Assembly (NCBI RefSeq): GCF_006345805.1
Contig: NC_042999.1
Location: forward strand, 147,684,001-147,748,000
Direction: 5' to 3'
Length of the DNA stretch: 64,000 bases
DNA from: Octopus sinensis
Lineage: Eukaryota
The translations under genes and the position numbers were made by a program. Under the pieces are notes generated by a model. The model saw only the letters and a list, made by a program, of their open reading frames with translations. It was not told the DNA's origin and did not search any database. This document shows, piece after piece, positions 25,050 through 37,283 of the stretch (position 1 is its first letter; every line of letters begins with the position of its first letter).

Positions 25050-25369
25050 TATTGATAACCATGCGGCCCGGCGTCCAGAGGGTGAGCTGATTCGCGATGT
25101 TCTCCTCCCACCTCCACTTCCCAGCTGGCGCAAACGCACGGGCGGACAGCTGAAGTCCTGGGCAACGACGATAAAGGAGGACCTTTCCGAACTATCAGAT
25201 CCGTAGGTGGTCGGTCTACACAGATGGAACTGCGAATGGCTCGCTATCTCCAGTGACGTCGCACGGAACAGTCGAGCGTGGGCCACCATGGTTTGTAATG
25301 TCGTTAGGACCAGAGAAGAAGCCGGCTCAACCCGCCCTGGGTGAACGCCGTCACAAGTACACGTAAGTA
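25050..25369 (+). mobile_element. 5'-truncated RTE-clade LINE 3' end with 12-bp TSD
   Basis: Translates HAARRPEGELIRDVLLPPPLPSWRKRTGGQLKSWATTIKEDL...RAW...AGSTRPG*, an RTE C-terminus. caagta-like tail. TSD agaatcaacata at 25038-25049 and 25370-25381. Confidence 0.85.
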
Positions 25370-26303
25370 AGAATCAACATAGATAATGTAGTGAGGCTAT
25401 AAAATAAAACACCTCCAATATATATGCAGTGAGAAGAGAATATTTGGTAACAATGAATATTGATTTAAACAGATTTTGCCAGAAAGGGAGATAAATTAGG
25501 ATATTTAAATATTTTTATTTATCCTCAGCAATGTGTAGCCTTTTCTATATTTAACAGATTCTCTATATTGATGTTCGGTATTGTGCACGAGAAAGTATCA
25601 ACATGTCTGCTTATATATGCTGAAGTATGTATTTTTGTAAATGTAGGTTTAAAGCTCACCATTCTAACATATCCGCAGTCAGTGAAACACATCAATGTTT
25701 TGATTTGATTTCAAATCTAATAGATAGCAATATATCTTCCTAATATAATTCTTACTTCATATTCAAAGAACCAAGTTTTTGCTTACTCTTTATGAGCTAG
25801 GTAATCAAATATATTTTATAGTTCATTAACCTTAATGTCGAACAGCAAATATGACATTATGAACGCCAACAGAAACATCAGCACATCATTATATTTATTT
25901 TAAATTTATACATATAGATAGCAATGCAACTAATTTAGATGTTTATAGAATAGTAGATTATTCATGTGTGCGTTACCTTTATAACATGTAAATCCAGTTT
26001 TAGTTTACAATCTGCGAGATAGGTAATTCAAAAAAGTTAATAGACGAGCGGCAAATATATTAGCAAATATATTAGCAAAGCCAACAGTGCACTAAACCAT
26101 TTTTTAAAATATTGTGTACATACACATACCAGTACAGCAAATATTTAAATGTTTATAAAATAGTAGATTATTCAACTGTGTCTTGCCTGAATTATGCACC
26201 AACTTTGAATATCTTGTTGAATTTACCATACGTTTACTCTCGACAAATCATATTTGTGTGAGACATTGAAAATCTACTTTTTTCTCTGGGTTTCAGTTTG
26301 GTA

Positions 26304-26689
26304 TTGTGGAAGCACTCCGTCGGTTACGACGACGAGGGTTCCAGTTGATCCGAATCAACGGAACAGCCTGCTCGTGAAATTAACGTGTAAGTGGCTGAGC
26401 ACTCCACAGACACGTGTACCCTTAACGTAGTTCTCGGGGATATTCAGCATGATACAGAGAGTGACAAGGCCGGCCCTTTGAAATACAGGTACAACAGAAA
26501 CAGGAAGTAAGAGTGAGAGAAAGTTGTGGTGAAAGAGTACAGCAGGGATCACCACCATCCCCTGCCGGAGCCTCGTGGAGCTTTAGGTGTTTTCGCTCAA
26601 TAAACACTCACAACGCCCGGTCTGGGAATCGAAACCGTGATCCTATGACCGCGAGTCCGCTGCCCTAACCACTGGGCCATTGCGCCTCC
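26304..26689 (-). mobile_element. tRNA-derived SINE family C, long-tail subtype
   Basis: Minus strand reads ggaggcgcaatggcccagtggttagggcagcggactcgcggtc...ggtttcgattccc (A and B boxes). Body is shared with 59622-59800. Confidence 0.85.
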
Positions 26690-26833
26690 GGTATGGTATT
26701 AAAGAGATCTGGACCGGTGCAGGTAAAGTAACTGTGACGTAATGTTGTTATGTGTCCTGAGTTGACTTTTGTAGTGGACGGAAACCACGGGGGCCAAATC
26801 TTGGATGGATTTTAAAATTGATATACATTTATG

Positions 26834-26864
<31 letters not shown>

Positions 26865-26867
26865 TGT

Positions 26868-26900
<33 letters not shown>

Positions 26901-27462
26901 TGTGTGTGCGTGTGTGTACGTGTGTGTAAGTATGCTTTATGAGTTTATTCAATGTATTTTGGTATAGATTTTCTGCCAGTAGATTTTATTAAGAAACTAT
27001 TTTTCTGGATTTGCGGTAGGCTGAATGCTGTTGTGTGGATGCATGTGTGAATATATGTGAATATACGGGTATTCTTAAGATGCGAAATATATCCAATTTA
27101 TTGCTTAACATTCTGCTACCATAAATAATGGAGCTAAATATAAAAGATATACCTAATTAATAAAGATTATTACAGTAAGATGAACATGCGAGTTCAATTA
27201 CAAATATTAATCTAATCGGACCTTGTGATGAAGCTGAGCGAAACTTTAGTGGCTTGCTCTTATCAGCACTTCTCAGTGAAAGCTATATTTCATAGTATTC
27301 GCCAGCTTATTCTACGTCAGTATAGTGAAGTTCCTGCTATGGTTGTAAACTAGTTGATGTTAATACTTTGAGCTACTGTAAATGTAGGTCTAAAGACATT
27401 ACTTTATTATTTTAAGTGGTGTTAAATATATATGTGCAGGAGTATGTATATATATATATTTA

Positions 27463-27680
27463 TTGTCCTTGCACAGAGGCCATCCTGATTCCCGCTTGCG
27501 CCGTGCCAATGACACTCCGGTCTCACGCCATTTCCGCTCCACCGGTCATTCCTTGCAACACCTGTCTGTGTTCGGATTGTCTTTGCTCAGAGGCCATCCG
27601 GATTCTCGCTTGCGCCGTGAACGGGGATTAATCTTCTCTCTTCGCTCTTTGACGCCATTTGGGCTCAACTTTCCCCCCTT
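27463..27680 (+). pseudogene. Penelope-like GIY-YIG endonuclease C-terminal fragment
   Basis: ORF 27463 reads NDTPVSRHFRSTGHSLQHLSVFGLSLLRGHPDSRLRRERGLIFSLRSLTPFGLN, matching the PVxxHF...GHS...RE..LI..L.TL.P.GLN pattern of the PLE endonuclease. The rest of the 314-aa ORF is TC/CA low complexity. Confidence 0.75.
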
Positions 27681-28637
27681 TTCATCTAACCTCCCCCCGA
27701 CTCCTACTTCTCTTCAGTCCTTCATCTTTTCACCCCTACTCTCTTTCCCTCCTCTTCCCTTCTTTCCCTTCTTCCCCCATCTTCCCTCTTCTTTTCTCTT
27801 CTTCCCTCTTCCCCTTCTCTCTTTCTCTCTGCTCCCTCACTCGCTTCTCTCCCCTCCCCTTCTCCTCTCCCTACCACTCCCCTCCTCTCCACCTCTCCCC
27901 TCCTCCTTCTCCTACTCTCCCTCCTTCTCTCCCCCCTCATCTCCTCTCTCCCCTCCTCCCTTCCCCTTCCCTCCCATCTCTTCTCTCCCCCTCTCACTCT
28001 CCCCACAACCCCCACTCTGCCCCAACCCCCAGCCGAACCCACACCCCACATGGGCTTTCCTCACTCTCGCCCCCCCACTTCCCCACAACATCACACCACA
28101 CTACACCATACATTACACATCACATCACAACACACCACCCACAGCACACCGCCCACACACCCATCCCCACATCTTTACACCTACACATACATACACATAT
28201 CACATCACAACACACCACCCACACACCCATCCCCATATCTCCACACCCACACACATACATACACACGTCCAGACCACCAGCCGTCTTTCGCACGCACATA
28301 CATACTCTCTTATACACACACGCACCTTTGTGTTGGGGCCACCTTCGTTTTGGAAGTCACTTGACCCTGTTATCTCCCATACTGTCCCTCTAGCGTCTAA
28401 CGTCTGACCTCTGACCTCTGACCTCTGCCTGAAGTCATAACGCCATGATAGATCGTTAGCTCCTACACGCATTTTTTTTCTCTCCTTGTTTGTTTTTCTG
28501 TGTATCTTTCTGTCGAAGAGCGTAGGCTCGAAACGTAAAAGACTTGTTTTTTTTCTATTCCTGAGCGCCATACTAATACATTGTTTGTTTGTACTCCATC
28601 TGCCTTCGTCCTTTGTTTATTTTCGTAAATCTTTCCG

Positions 28638-28640
<3 letters not shown>
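27680..28640 (+). mobile_element. 3' region and pseudo-LTR of the 27.5-kb PLE
   Basis: TC-rich then CA-rich low-complexity tract, (tgacctc)3, then the family repeat with a variant hammerhead at 28505-28542, ending in (TA)n. Confidence 0.6.
28505..28542 (+). ncRNA. Ultra-minimal hammerhead-like motif with variant core (CUGUCGA)
   Basis: tcttt-CTGTCGA-a-gagc(gtag)gctc-GAA-ACGT-A-aaaga. Helix I is 5 bp, helix II is 4 bp, helix III is a loopless ACGT palindrome. Confidence 0.55.
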
Positions 28641-28693
<53 letters not shown>

Positions 28694-28750
28694 GTTTAAA
28701 TATTTGTTGTGCAAGATTTTTTATGTGAAGTCGTGTGTTGAAACAGATAT

Positions 28751-29158
28751 TGTTATATTTCGGAATGATCATTTTGCCAGTTTAGCCAATAAAAACACAC
28801 GCACTATATATTCGGTGTTACTTTGCTTCAGTGTTATTTATTTTTTACATTAATCTTAATCTTATTTCGGCCAGAGTTCTTTCGTCACACTCCTGTGACC
28901 GCATCAGTGGGCCTTTGTTTTCTTCTCACTTATTTGTGTCTCTCCTTACTAACCGGTTAGTAAGGAGAGACACAAATAAGTAAGAAGAAAACAAAGGCCC
29001 ACTGATGCGGTCACAGGAGTGTGACGAAAGAACTCTGGCCGAAATAAGATTAAGATTAATGTAAAAAATAAATAACACTGAAGCAAAGTAACACCGAATA
29101 TATAGTGCGTGTGTTTTTATTGGCTAAACTGGCAAAATGACCATTCCGAAATATAACA
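28751..29158. repeat. 408-bp spacerless palindrome (204-bp arms)
   Basis: Centre cttactaac|cg|gttagtaag, axis at 28954/28955. About two mismatches seen between arms. Each arm holds a hammerhead-like motif with A9C (28996-29040 and its mirror). Confidence 0.95.
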
Positions 29159-29203
<45 letters not shown>

Positions 29204-29208
29204 ATATA

Positions 29209-29258
<50 letters not shown>

Positions 29259-29533
29259 ATATATATGTATGTATGTATGTATATGTATGTGTATGTATGT
29301 AATGTATGTATGTATGTATGTATGTAGTTATGTATATGCATGTATATATAAATACAAAGTATGGGTGTTTAGTTCACAGTTGATCTAAGTGATTAGGTAC
29401 GCTAGGTAAGTGCTGTAACGGATTACTAGGGCTCCAAGGTTATAGCGGAGACGGTAGTTATGGAGCCATTGCAGATTTCCGATGCAGTGGATATAATTGT
29501 ATACAATATCGCTGCAGGAAGAAATATATATAT

Positions 29534-29582
<49 letters not shown>

Positions 29583-29655
29583 CATATATTACATATATAT
29601 ATGTATATATAAATACATACATTCATAAAATACATACAAGCATATATATATATAT

Positions 29656-29700
<45 letters not shown>

Positions 29701-29701
29701 T

Positions 29702-30091
29702 TACTCTTTTACTCTCTTTTACTTGTTTCAGTCATTTGACTGCGGCCATGCTGGAGCACCGCCTTTAGTCGAGCAACTCGACCCCGGGACTTATTCTTAT
29801 TCTATCGGTCTCTTTTGCCGAACCGCTAAGTGACGGGGACGTAACCACACCAGCATCGGTTGTCAAGCAATGCTATAGGAACAAACACAGACACACAAAC
29901 ACACACACATACATATATATACATATATACAACAGGCTTCTTTCAGTTTCCGTCTACCAAATCCACTCACAAGACATTGGTGGGCCCGGGGCTATAGCAG
30001 AAGACACTTGCCCAAGATGCCACGCAGTGGGACTGAACCCGGAACCATGGGGTTGGTTAGCAAGCTACTTACCACACACCACTCCTGCGCC
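29702..30091 (-). mobile_element. SINE family A
   Basis: Colinear with 16615-17032, with a small internal deletion. Confidence 0.9.
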
Positions 30092-30120
30092 TTATATATA
30101 TATATATATATTATATATAC

Positions 30121-30151
<31 letters not shown>

Positions 30152-30822
30152 GAACATGAATCTAACATGCGTGTTTCTGTGTGTACGTGATTGCCGGGCC
30201 ATGCGCTGCTCTCTTTTGTAGTTGTTATTTTGTGTCTGTGTGTGTATGTGCATAAAAATGTGTGCACGGGTATGTGCGCACATAAAACACTTAAATATCC
30301 AACGAAAGTGCTACGCGTACAGCCTTTCACTTTCTGTAAATTAGCGAAAAATATTTATAAACGTCACAGAGGTTTCATGCCATTTCCAATTACTTGTCTT
30401 CATTATATACAAACTATACGAAGGAAAATACTCTCAGCTTTTCAGGAAAATGAAAACGGTAGTTAATGTGATAGCAAATCCTCATTGAAATGTTTATGTG
30501 AAACAAGCAATTGAAGATTTATGTGGATCAGAATACGGTGCGTAAAGCTATTATAGCTGTTCCTATATTACTGAATGTAGGAACTTTCAGCTTCCATAGG
30601 TAATAGACACTAAAAAATCAAATGCTAAACGTAGCAATTTTCATGCCACGTCAATAACAGTAAGATATTTTCTTATATAATCATGAATAAAATATATGAA
30701 ATTATATAAAGATACGTTTGCAGACATTAAGATAATAATCTATGCGAATGGCATTGCTATAAACATTATTTCCCAAAAAGGCATAAATTCCGAAAACAGA
30801 AGGCCCTACATGACACGTATAT

Positions 30823-30888
<66 letters not shown>

Positions 30889-30909
30889 ATATATATATAT
30901 ATATATATA

Positions 30910-33357
30910 CTTTATTTTAAGCAGCAGAAAATTCAACAAAATCTGTTACTCTGAGTTTCTCGTTGCCGTTCATCAGACAGTTTTTGCTAGAATGGAACAT
31001 ATATATAAATTCAATCTATACTCTTACAAACGCTACACCTTTAAAAGAAATGGACTTGTTTGATTGGCCCTTTAGAAAAAACGGTCAATCTTCGAGCGAT
31101 AAACAAAAGGTCAAAAATATATGTATATATATATAAAAACTTATAAAAATTATAAAATCCGAGGAAAAAACCGAGGAAAAAACCTATTGCCGTTAATGAA
31201 GACAGTACAAATTAATGCATAGAAATTAAACCTGTTATAATACTGCAATACATATTTATATTAAAATCCACATATATATATCAACATACACAAAAGGATG
31301 CGCGTAAACGCCATACATACATATACAGACGTATGAATATGAATCTAAATTATACACATAAAAGCATGTGTACATATATTCACGCAAAACCGTCTCGCAC
31401 GCAAGCTAAAATTCATCTATGTAGCAATTCTCATATACTGAGCAAGGAGGGGGAACGAAAGAAAGGGAAAGAGAGAAAAAGGAACGAAGGAGGGGTGGGG
31501 AAAAAACTTGTAGCGATATTATTGGCATCTATAGAGGCCAGTATACATACACAAGTTTGAATTGATACATATACATACCGTCGTGTGTATGCGTGCTTAA
31601 GCACAAGCATACTTTCACTTACACATACACAGATACGCATGCTTACAAATACATATGCTTTGCTATACACAAACTTATATAAACATTCTAAATTTGACAA
31701 CATTGCTTTTTAAAAAAAAACATTGCTTTTAAAAAAATGGGTGCATTAATAAAAATATATACGAAAGACATATAAAATAAAATATAACATCCTATTTTGG
31801 GTCATTTATAAATAATCAAGGTAATATAAATAATCAAGGTAATCTTATGCAATACAATAACATGAAAACAAAGTTTGTAGGTTTTTCCTAATATATATGT
31901 AGAAACAATAAGACTTTGCTATAGGTCCGTCGTAGCGCTCAAGAGTCAAAATCAAAATCAAAAATCAAAATACAAAATATATACTCTATCCATATGGTAT
32001 ATTTATATTCGACATTTTAAATTTAGCCGCGTGCCTACATAAGTTCATTAACTCACTTCTTTGATTCAAAGAATTATTGTCTTTAATAATATGTGCATTT
32101 TCTCTAATAAGCAAAGCTTGCACTTGGAATTATATTTGTAATTTCAAAGTGCAAGCTTTGCTTATTAAGAAAATGCACATATTATTCAAAGACAATAATT
32201 CTTTGAATAAAGAAGTGAGTTAATGCACTTATGTAGGCACGCGGCTAAATTTAAAATGTCGAATATAATATACCATATGGATAGAGTATATATTTTTTAT
32301 TTTGATTTTTTGATTTTGATTTTGACTCTTGAGCGCTACGACGGACCTATAGCAAAGTCTTATTGTTTCTACATATATATTAGGAAAAACCTACAAACTT
32401 TGTTTTCATGTTATTGTATTGCATAAGATTACCTTGATTATTATATTACCTTGATTATTTATAATGACCCAAAATGGGATGTTATATTTTATTTTATATG
32501 TCTTTCGTATATATTTTTATTAATGCACCTTTTTTAAAAGCAATGTTTTTTTTTAAAAGCAATGTTGTCAAATTTAGAATGTTTATTAAGTTTTGTGTAT
32601 AGCAAAGCATATGTATTTGTAAGCATGCGTATCTGTGTATGTGTAAGTGAAAGTATGCTTGTGCTTAAGCACGCATACACACGACGGTATGTATATGTAT
32701 CAATTCCAAACTTGTGTATGTATACTGGCCTCTATAGATGCAATAATATCGCTACAAGTTTTTTCCCCACCCCTCCTTCGTTCCTTTTTCTCTCTTTCCC
32801 TTTCTTTCGTTCCCCCTCCTTGCTCAGTATATGAGAATTGCTACATAGATGAATTTTAGCTTGCGTGCGAGACGGTTTACGTGAATATATGTACACATGC
32901 TTTTATGTGTATAATTTAGATTCATATTCATACGTCTGTATATGTATGTATGGCGTTTACGCGCATCCTTTTGTGTATGTTGATATATATATGTGGATTT
33001 TAATATAAATATGTATTGCAGTATTTATAACAGGTTTAATTTCTATGCATTAATTTGTACTGTCTTCATTAACGGCAATAGGTTTTTTCCTCGGTTTTTT
33101 CCTCGGATTTTATAATTTTTATAAGTTTTTTTATATATATATACAATAGTTTTGACCTTTTTGTTTATCGCTCGAAGATTGACCGTTTTTTCTAAAGGGC
33201 CAATCAAACAAGTCCATTTCTTTTTAAAGTGTAGCGTTTGTAAGAGTATAGATTGAATTTATATATATGTTCCATTCTAGCAAAAACTGTCTGATGAACG
33301 GCAACGAGAAACTCAGAGTAACAGATTTTGTTGAATTTTCTGCTGCTTAAAATAAAG
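30910..33357. repeat. ~2.45-kb palindrome (~1.22-kb arms, ~6-nt spacer)
   Basis: ctttattttaagcagcag at 30910 mirrors ctgctgcttaaaataaag ending at 33357. Centre ggaatta-tatttg-taatttc at 32126-32145. Mirrored ORFs 31431-31703(-) and 32562-32834(+) encode near-identical peptides. Confidence 0.95.
33287..33324 (+). ncRNA. Minimal hammerhead in the palindrome arm (mirror copy 30943-30980 on -)
   Basis: ctgt-CTGATGA-a-cg(gcaa)cg-a-GAA-ACTC-a-GAGT-A-acag. GUA triplet, helix II only 2 bp. Confidence 0.6.
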
Positions 33358-33427
33358 CATATTACTCTACCACTGGTATTTGAGTACTCTTTTTTCCACC
33401 TTGTTTCACATTTATGTGTTTACTCTC

Positions 33428-33484
<57 letters not shown>

Positions 33485-33547
33485 TTTGACAGAATGAGAT
33501 CAAAAGTCGAAGACTATGAATAGTTTCAGAACATTTATATAGTAATT

Positions 33548-33595
33548 GCCTTACCGCTGTTTCTGGGATATTTTAGATATCCCTTCATCAGAGAC
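33548..33595 (-). ncRNA. Minimal hammerhead ribozyme
   Basis: Minus strand reads gtct-CTGATGA-a-gggata(tctaaaa)tatccc-a-GAA-ACAGCGGT-A-aggc. Helix II is 6 bp, helix III is one substitution from the ACAGCTGT palindrome. Confidence 0.65.
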
Positions 33596-34359
33596 GGTGC
33601 GAAAAAATGTTTGAGTATGAATTATTGTAGAAAAGATGGGAAATAAGGGAATGAAAGTAGAAGTAAGATATATAAGGATATTGTAGTTGCAGTTCCATTA
33701 TTCAAGGAGAATGGTGTATACAAGTGGTGATGAAGTTTCTTGTACCCGGTGTGTGAGTTCCAATGGCAGCTCATACTTGGTCATTTCCAAGCATAAAGCT
33801 TTGTAAACAGTGTTGTTAGTTCGAAAGGGTTTTCTTGTGTGAATGAAAATTTGGGAATGTCTTGGTAGTATTAATGGATAGATGGAGGAGAGAGATGTGT
33901 ATGATTAGAAAGAGATAGGTCAAATATAAAACAAGAAGAGAGAATGGGGTAGAGAAAAAAGATAAAGTTGGGAGGGAGACAAAAAGAAAGAGGGACGAAG
34001 TGAGAGAGGGAGTGTTAACTAGTGGTCAGGATAAAGAGTTAGGAGGAAGGGAGTGGTGTGGAGGAGAGAGAGGAAGAGATGAGACGGTAAGGAGTAAAAG
34101 AGTGTGAGATATGTGAGTAGTGGTTGTTGATAGAGCTGCATTAAGTGTTGGGTAGTTAAAAGGTAGAGAAAAGGTAAGGAGAACGTAAAGGTGGAGTGAT
34201 TATCGAAGTGGGTAGTAATTTTGGTAGTAAAAATTGAGGTGAAGGGAAGAATACAAGAATGTCAAGTTACTATAAACGATGTGTGTGTTAGGTTAGTGAT
34301 AAGTAGGAAAAGAGGGAAAGAATGTATATTTATGAATATGTATACATATACACGCACCT

Positions 34360-34396
<37 letters not shown>

Positions 34397-34858
34397 ATCG
34401 ACATATACATTCTTCAGTACATACGCACGCTTATAAACACATGCATGTTCACGCGCATATACACATATACGCACTCATTCATATATATTTGTATATATAA
34501 GTGCACGTATATATAAATACATACGCACACACTCGTACATATGTGTATATATAGACACATGTACACACACACGTACGCAGGTATATATTTACATATATAT
34601 CTATATATACCCACATACAAATCCATACATACATAAAATACCTATATACACATTCATACATACTCACATGTATCCGTTTGCATGTTCAAATATGCATATT
34701 AACTGATTGTGATCTTCAAAGTGAGAAAGGGAGTTAGTTAAAGATTAAAATTGAAAACGGAGATTCATAAGGTTGTTTGGGATTACCTACGGGTGTTGTG
34801 GATATACACTGTGTGGTTATTTAGGTTGCATTTAGATTTCTGGTAGAATTTGAATGTA

Positions 34859-35757
34859 TTAAAATAAAGGGTGTTTCCGTGTGCTTAGGGCCCCATTATA
34901 TTTGTTTAATAGTGTTGAAGAGTTGTGAAATGCCTCCTTCAGGCATAGTTTACTGGTTGAGCGTTGACCTTGGCAAGCAAGCCCTGATCTATTACAGACC
35001 ATGATATAGAGTAGGGAATACTTCTATTTTTTAGATAATCTATGTGACTGGCGAGTGTTGTAGATTTACTGTGTTTCTCGTATCTAAACGAATGGAGGTG
35101 GGCGGCATATCTTTGTTTGAAATTTATGGTTGATCCTTTATATATGGCTGTAGAATTGTGTAATATGTTAAGGACAGTGCATCTATAAATTATATTAGAT
35201 CTTCTACAATGGGTTTGCAGAGGGCATATGGCCCCAGGACGGCAGTCACAAGCGGGTGTATTTTGGAGGTTATTTTCAGGTTTAGAGGAGAAGTTATAGA
35301 AGGGTGTGGAGAGGTCCAAATTATTAGTATTGTTAATGTTATTATTGCTGTTATTGTTATTATTACTATTGTTGTTGTTATTTGTACTGTCTGTAAGAGT
35401 AGTGGAAGTTGTGGGGTTAATTGTGGTGGTATTCCAGGTAGTGCTAGTAGGATGGGTTGAGTTATGGTTGTGGTCTAACGTAATCGTTTCCGTGCTGGAG
35501 CTGTGTTTATGTTGCGAGCTCATGTATGTAGAGTTGTTATAGTGTTAGTTTTGATAGTAGAAGGAAGCTTTTGTTTGTTAGAAGTTGCTATGTTTATTAG
35601 AGGATGTTATGGGGCGGAATAGGATAGATTCAGGATGGATCTGTTAAAGATAGAATAATATTTATGTTGACGAGGAAGTTGGAATCCAGTATATTAAAGA
35701 AGGATTTAACGTTGAGAAGAGGTGTGTACCACAGGATAGAGTATCCGCTTTCTCTTT
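34859..35757 (-). pseudogene. PLE RT-thumb/linker plus GIY-YIG endonuclease, copy 1 (frameshifted near the C-terminus)
   Basis: ORF 34939-35523 has CDCRPGAICPLQTHC...NIIYRC...YKGSTINFKQRYAAH. A 1-bp deletion relative to copy 2 shifts the last ~35 codons. Confidence 0.85.
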
Positions 35758-36256
35758 ATATATATACGTATATATATATATATATATATATATCGACATA
35801 TACATTCTTCAGTACATACGCACGCTTATAAACACATGCATGTTCACGCGCATATACACATATACGCACTCATTCATATATATTTGTATATATAAGTGCA
35901 CGTATATATAAATACATACGCACACACTCGTACATATGTGTATATATAGACACATGTACACACACACGTACGCAGGTATATATTTACATATATATCTATA
36001 TATACCCACATACAAATCCATACATACATAAAATACCTATATACACATTCATACATACTCACATGTATCCGTTTGCATGTTCAAATATGCATAATTAACT
36101 GATTGTGATCTTCAAAGTGAGAAAGAGGAGTTAGTTAAAGATTAAAATTGAAAACGGAGATTCATAAGGTTGTTTGGGATTACCTACGGGGTGTTGTGGA
36201 TATACACTGTGTGGTTATTTAGGTTGCATTTAGATTTCTGGTAGAATTTGAATGTA

Positions 36257-36940
36257 TTAAAATAAAGGGTGTTTCCGTGTGCTTAGGGCCCCATTATATT
36301 TGTTTAATAGTGTTGAAGAGTTGTGAAATGCCTCCTTCAGGCATAGTTTACTGGTTGAGCGTTGACCTTGGCAAGCAAGCCCTGAATCTATTACAGACCA
36401 TGATATAGAGTAGGGAATACTTCTATTTTTTAGATAATCTATGTGACTGGCGAGTGTTGTAGATTTACTGTGTTTCTCGTATCTAAACGAATGGAGGTGG
36501 GCGGCATATCTTTGTTTGAAATTTATGGTTGATCCTTTATATATGGCTGTAGAATTGTGTAATATGTTAAGGACAGTGCATCTATAAATTATATTAGATC
36601 TTCTACAATGGGTTTGCAGAGGGCATATGGCCCCAGGACGGCAGTCACAAGCGGGTGTATTTTGGAGGTTATTTTCAGGTTTAGAGGAGGTAATACTGTC
36701 AGAGGAGAAGTTATAGAAGGGTGTGGAGAGGTCCAAATTATTAGTATTGTTAATGTTATTATTGCTGTTATTGTTATTATTACTATTGTTGTTGTTATTT
36801 GTACTGTCTGTAAGAGTAGTGGAAGTTGTGGGGTTAATTGTGGTGGTATTCCAGGTAGTGCTAGTAGGATGGGTTGAGTTATGGTTGTGGTCTAACGTAA
36901 TCGTTTCCGTGCTGGAGCTGTGTTTATGTTGCGAGCTCAT
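36257..36940 (-). CDS. 227-aa ORF: Thr/Asn-rich linker plus complete Penelope-type GIY-YIG endonuclease domain (remnant of a longer RT-EN ORF)
   Basis: CxCx4-CPLxxxC zinc motif, IIY...YKG (GIY/YIG variants), FKQRYxxH, STTLASHI, LCLKE, LLNK. Upstream disrupted frames give ILWYTP, FFNILDSNF and SIFNRSILNLSYS, typical of the PLE RT C-terminus. Confidence 0.7.
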   Translation of the reverse strand: MSSQHKHSSSTETITLDHNHNSTHPTSTTWNTTTINPTTSTTLTDSTNNNNNSNNNNNSNNNINNTNNLDLSTPFYNFSSDSITSSKPENNLQNTPACDCRPGAICPLQTHCRRSNIIYRCTVLNILHNSTAIYKGSTINFKQRYAAHLHSFRYEKHSKSTTLASHIDYLKNRSIPYSISWSVIDSGLACQGQRSTSKLCLKEAFHNSSTLLNKYNGALSTRKHPLF

Positions 36941-37186
36941 GTATGTAGAGTTGTTATAGTGTTAGTTTTGATAGTAGAAGGAAAGCTTTTGTTTGTTAGA
37001 AGTTGCTATGTTTATTAGAGGATGTTATGGGGCGGAATAGGATAGATTCAGGATGGATCTGTTAAAGATAGAATAATATTTATGTTGACGAGGAAGTTGG
37101 AATCCAGTATATTAAAGAAGGATTTAACGTTGAGAAGAGGTGTGTACCACAGGATAGAGTATCCGCTTTCTCTTTATATATATACG

Positions 37187-37218
<32 letters not shown>

Positions 37219-37283
37219 TCAGGGTGAGTACTTGATAATTGTAAGCACCTGTATATACCGTTTGGTGGTGTAGGTAGTGGAGT

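Larger units (their letters stand above)
34398..37210 (-). repeat. Tandem duplication of a ~1.4-kb 5'-truncated Penelope-like element
   Basis: tcgacatatacattcttcagtac occurs at 34398 and 35793. Both copies end gagtatccgctttctcttt. They differ by an 18-bp in-frame indel and a few 1-bp indels. Confidence 0.95.

Noticed and set aside
26600-26689. tRNA-like sequences here and at 44270-44359, 55747-55820 and 59622-59695
   Set aside because: They are SINE heads continuing into SINE bodies and tails, with no complete cloverleaf, so not tRNA genes.
33660-33900. Minus-strand NNTVYKALC peptide suggestive of GIY-YIG
   Set aside because: No YIG, R or H motifs in register. Too weak to call.
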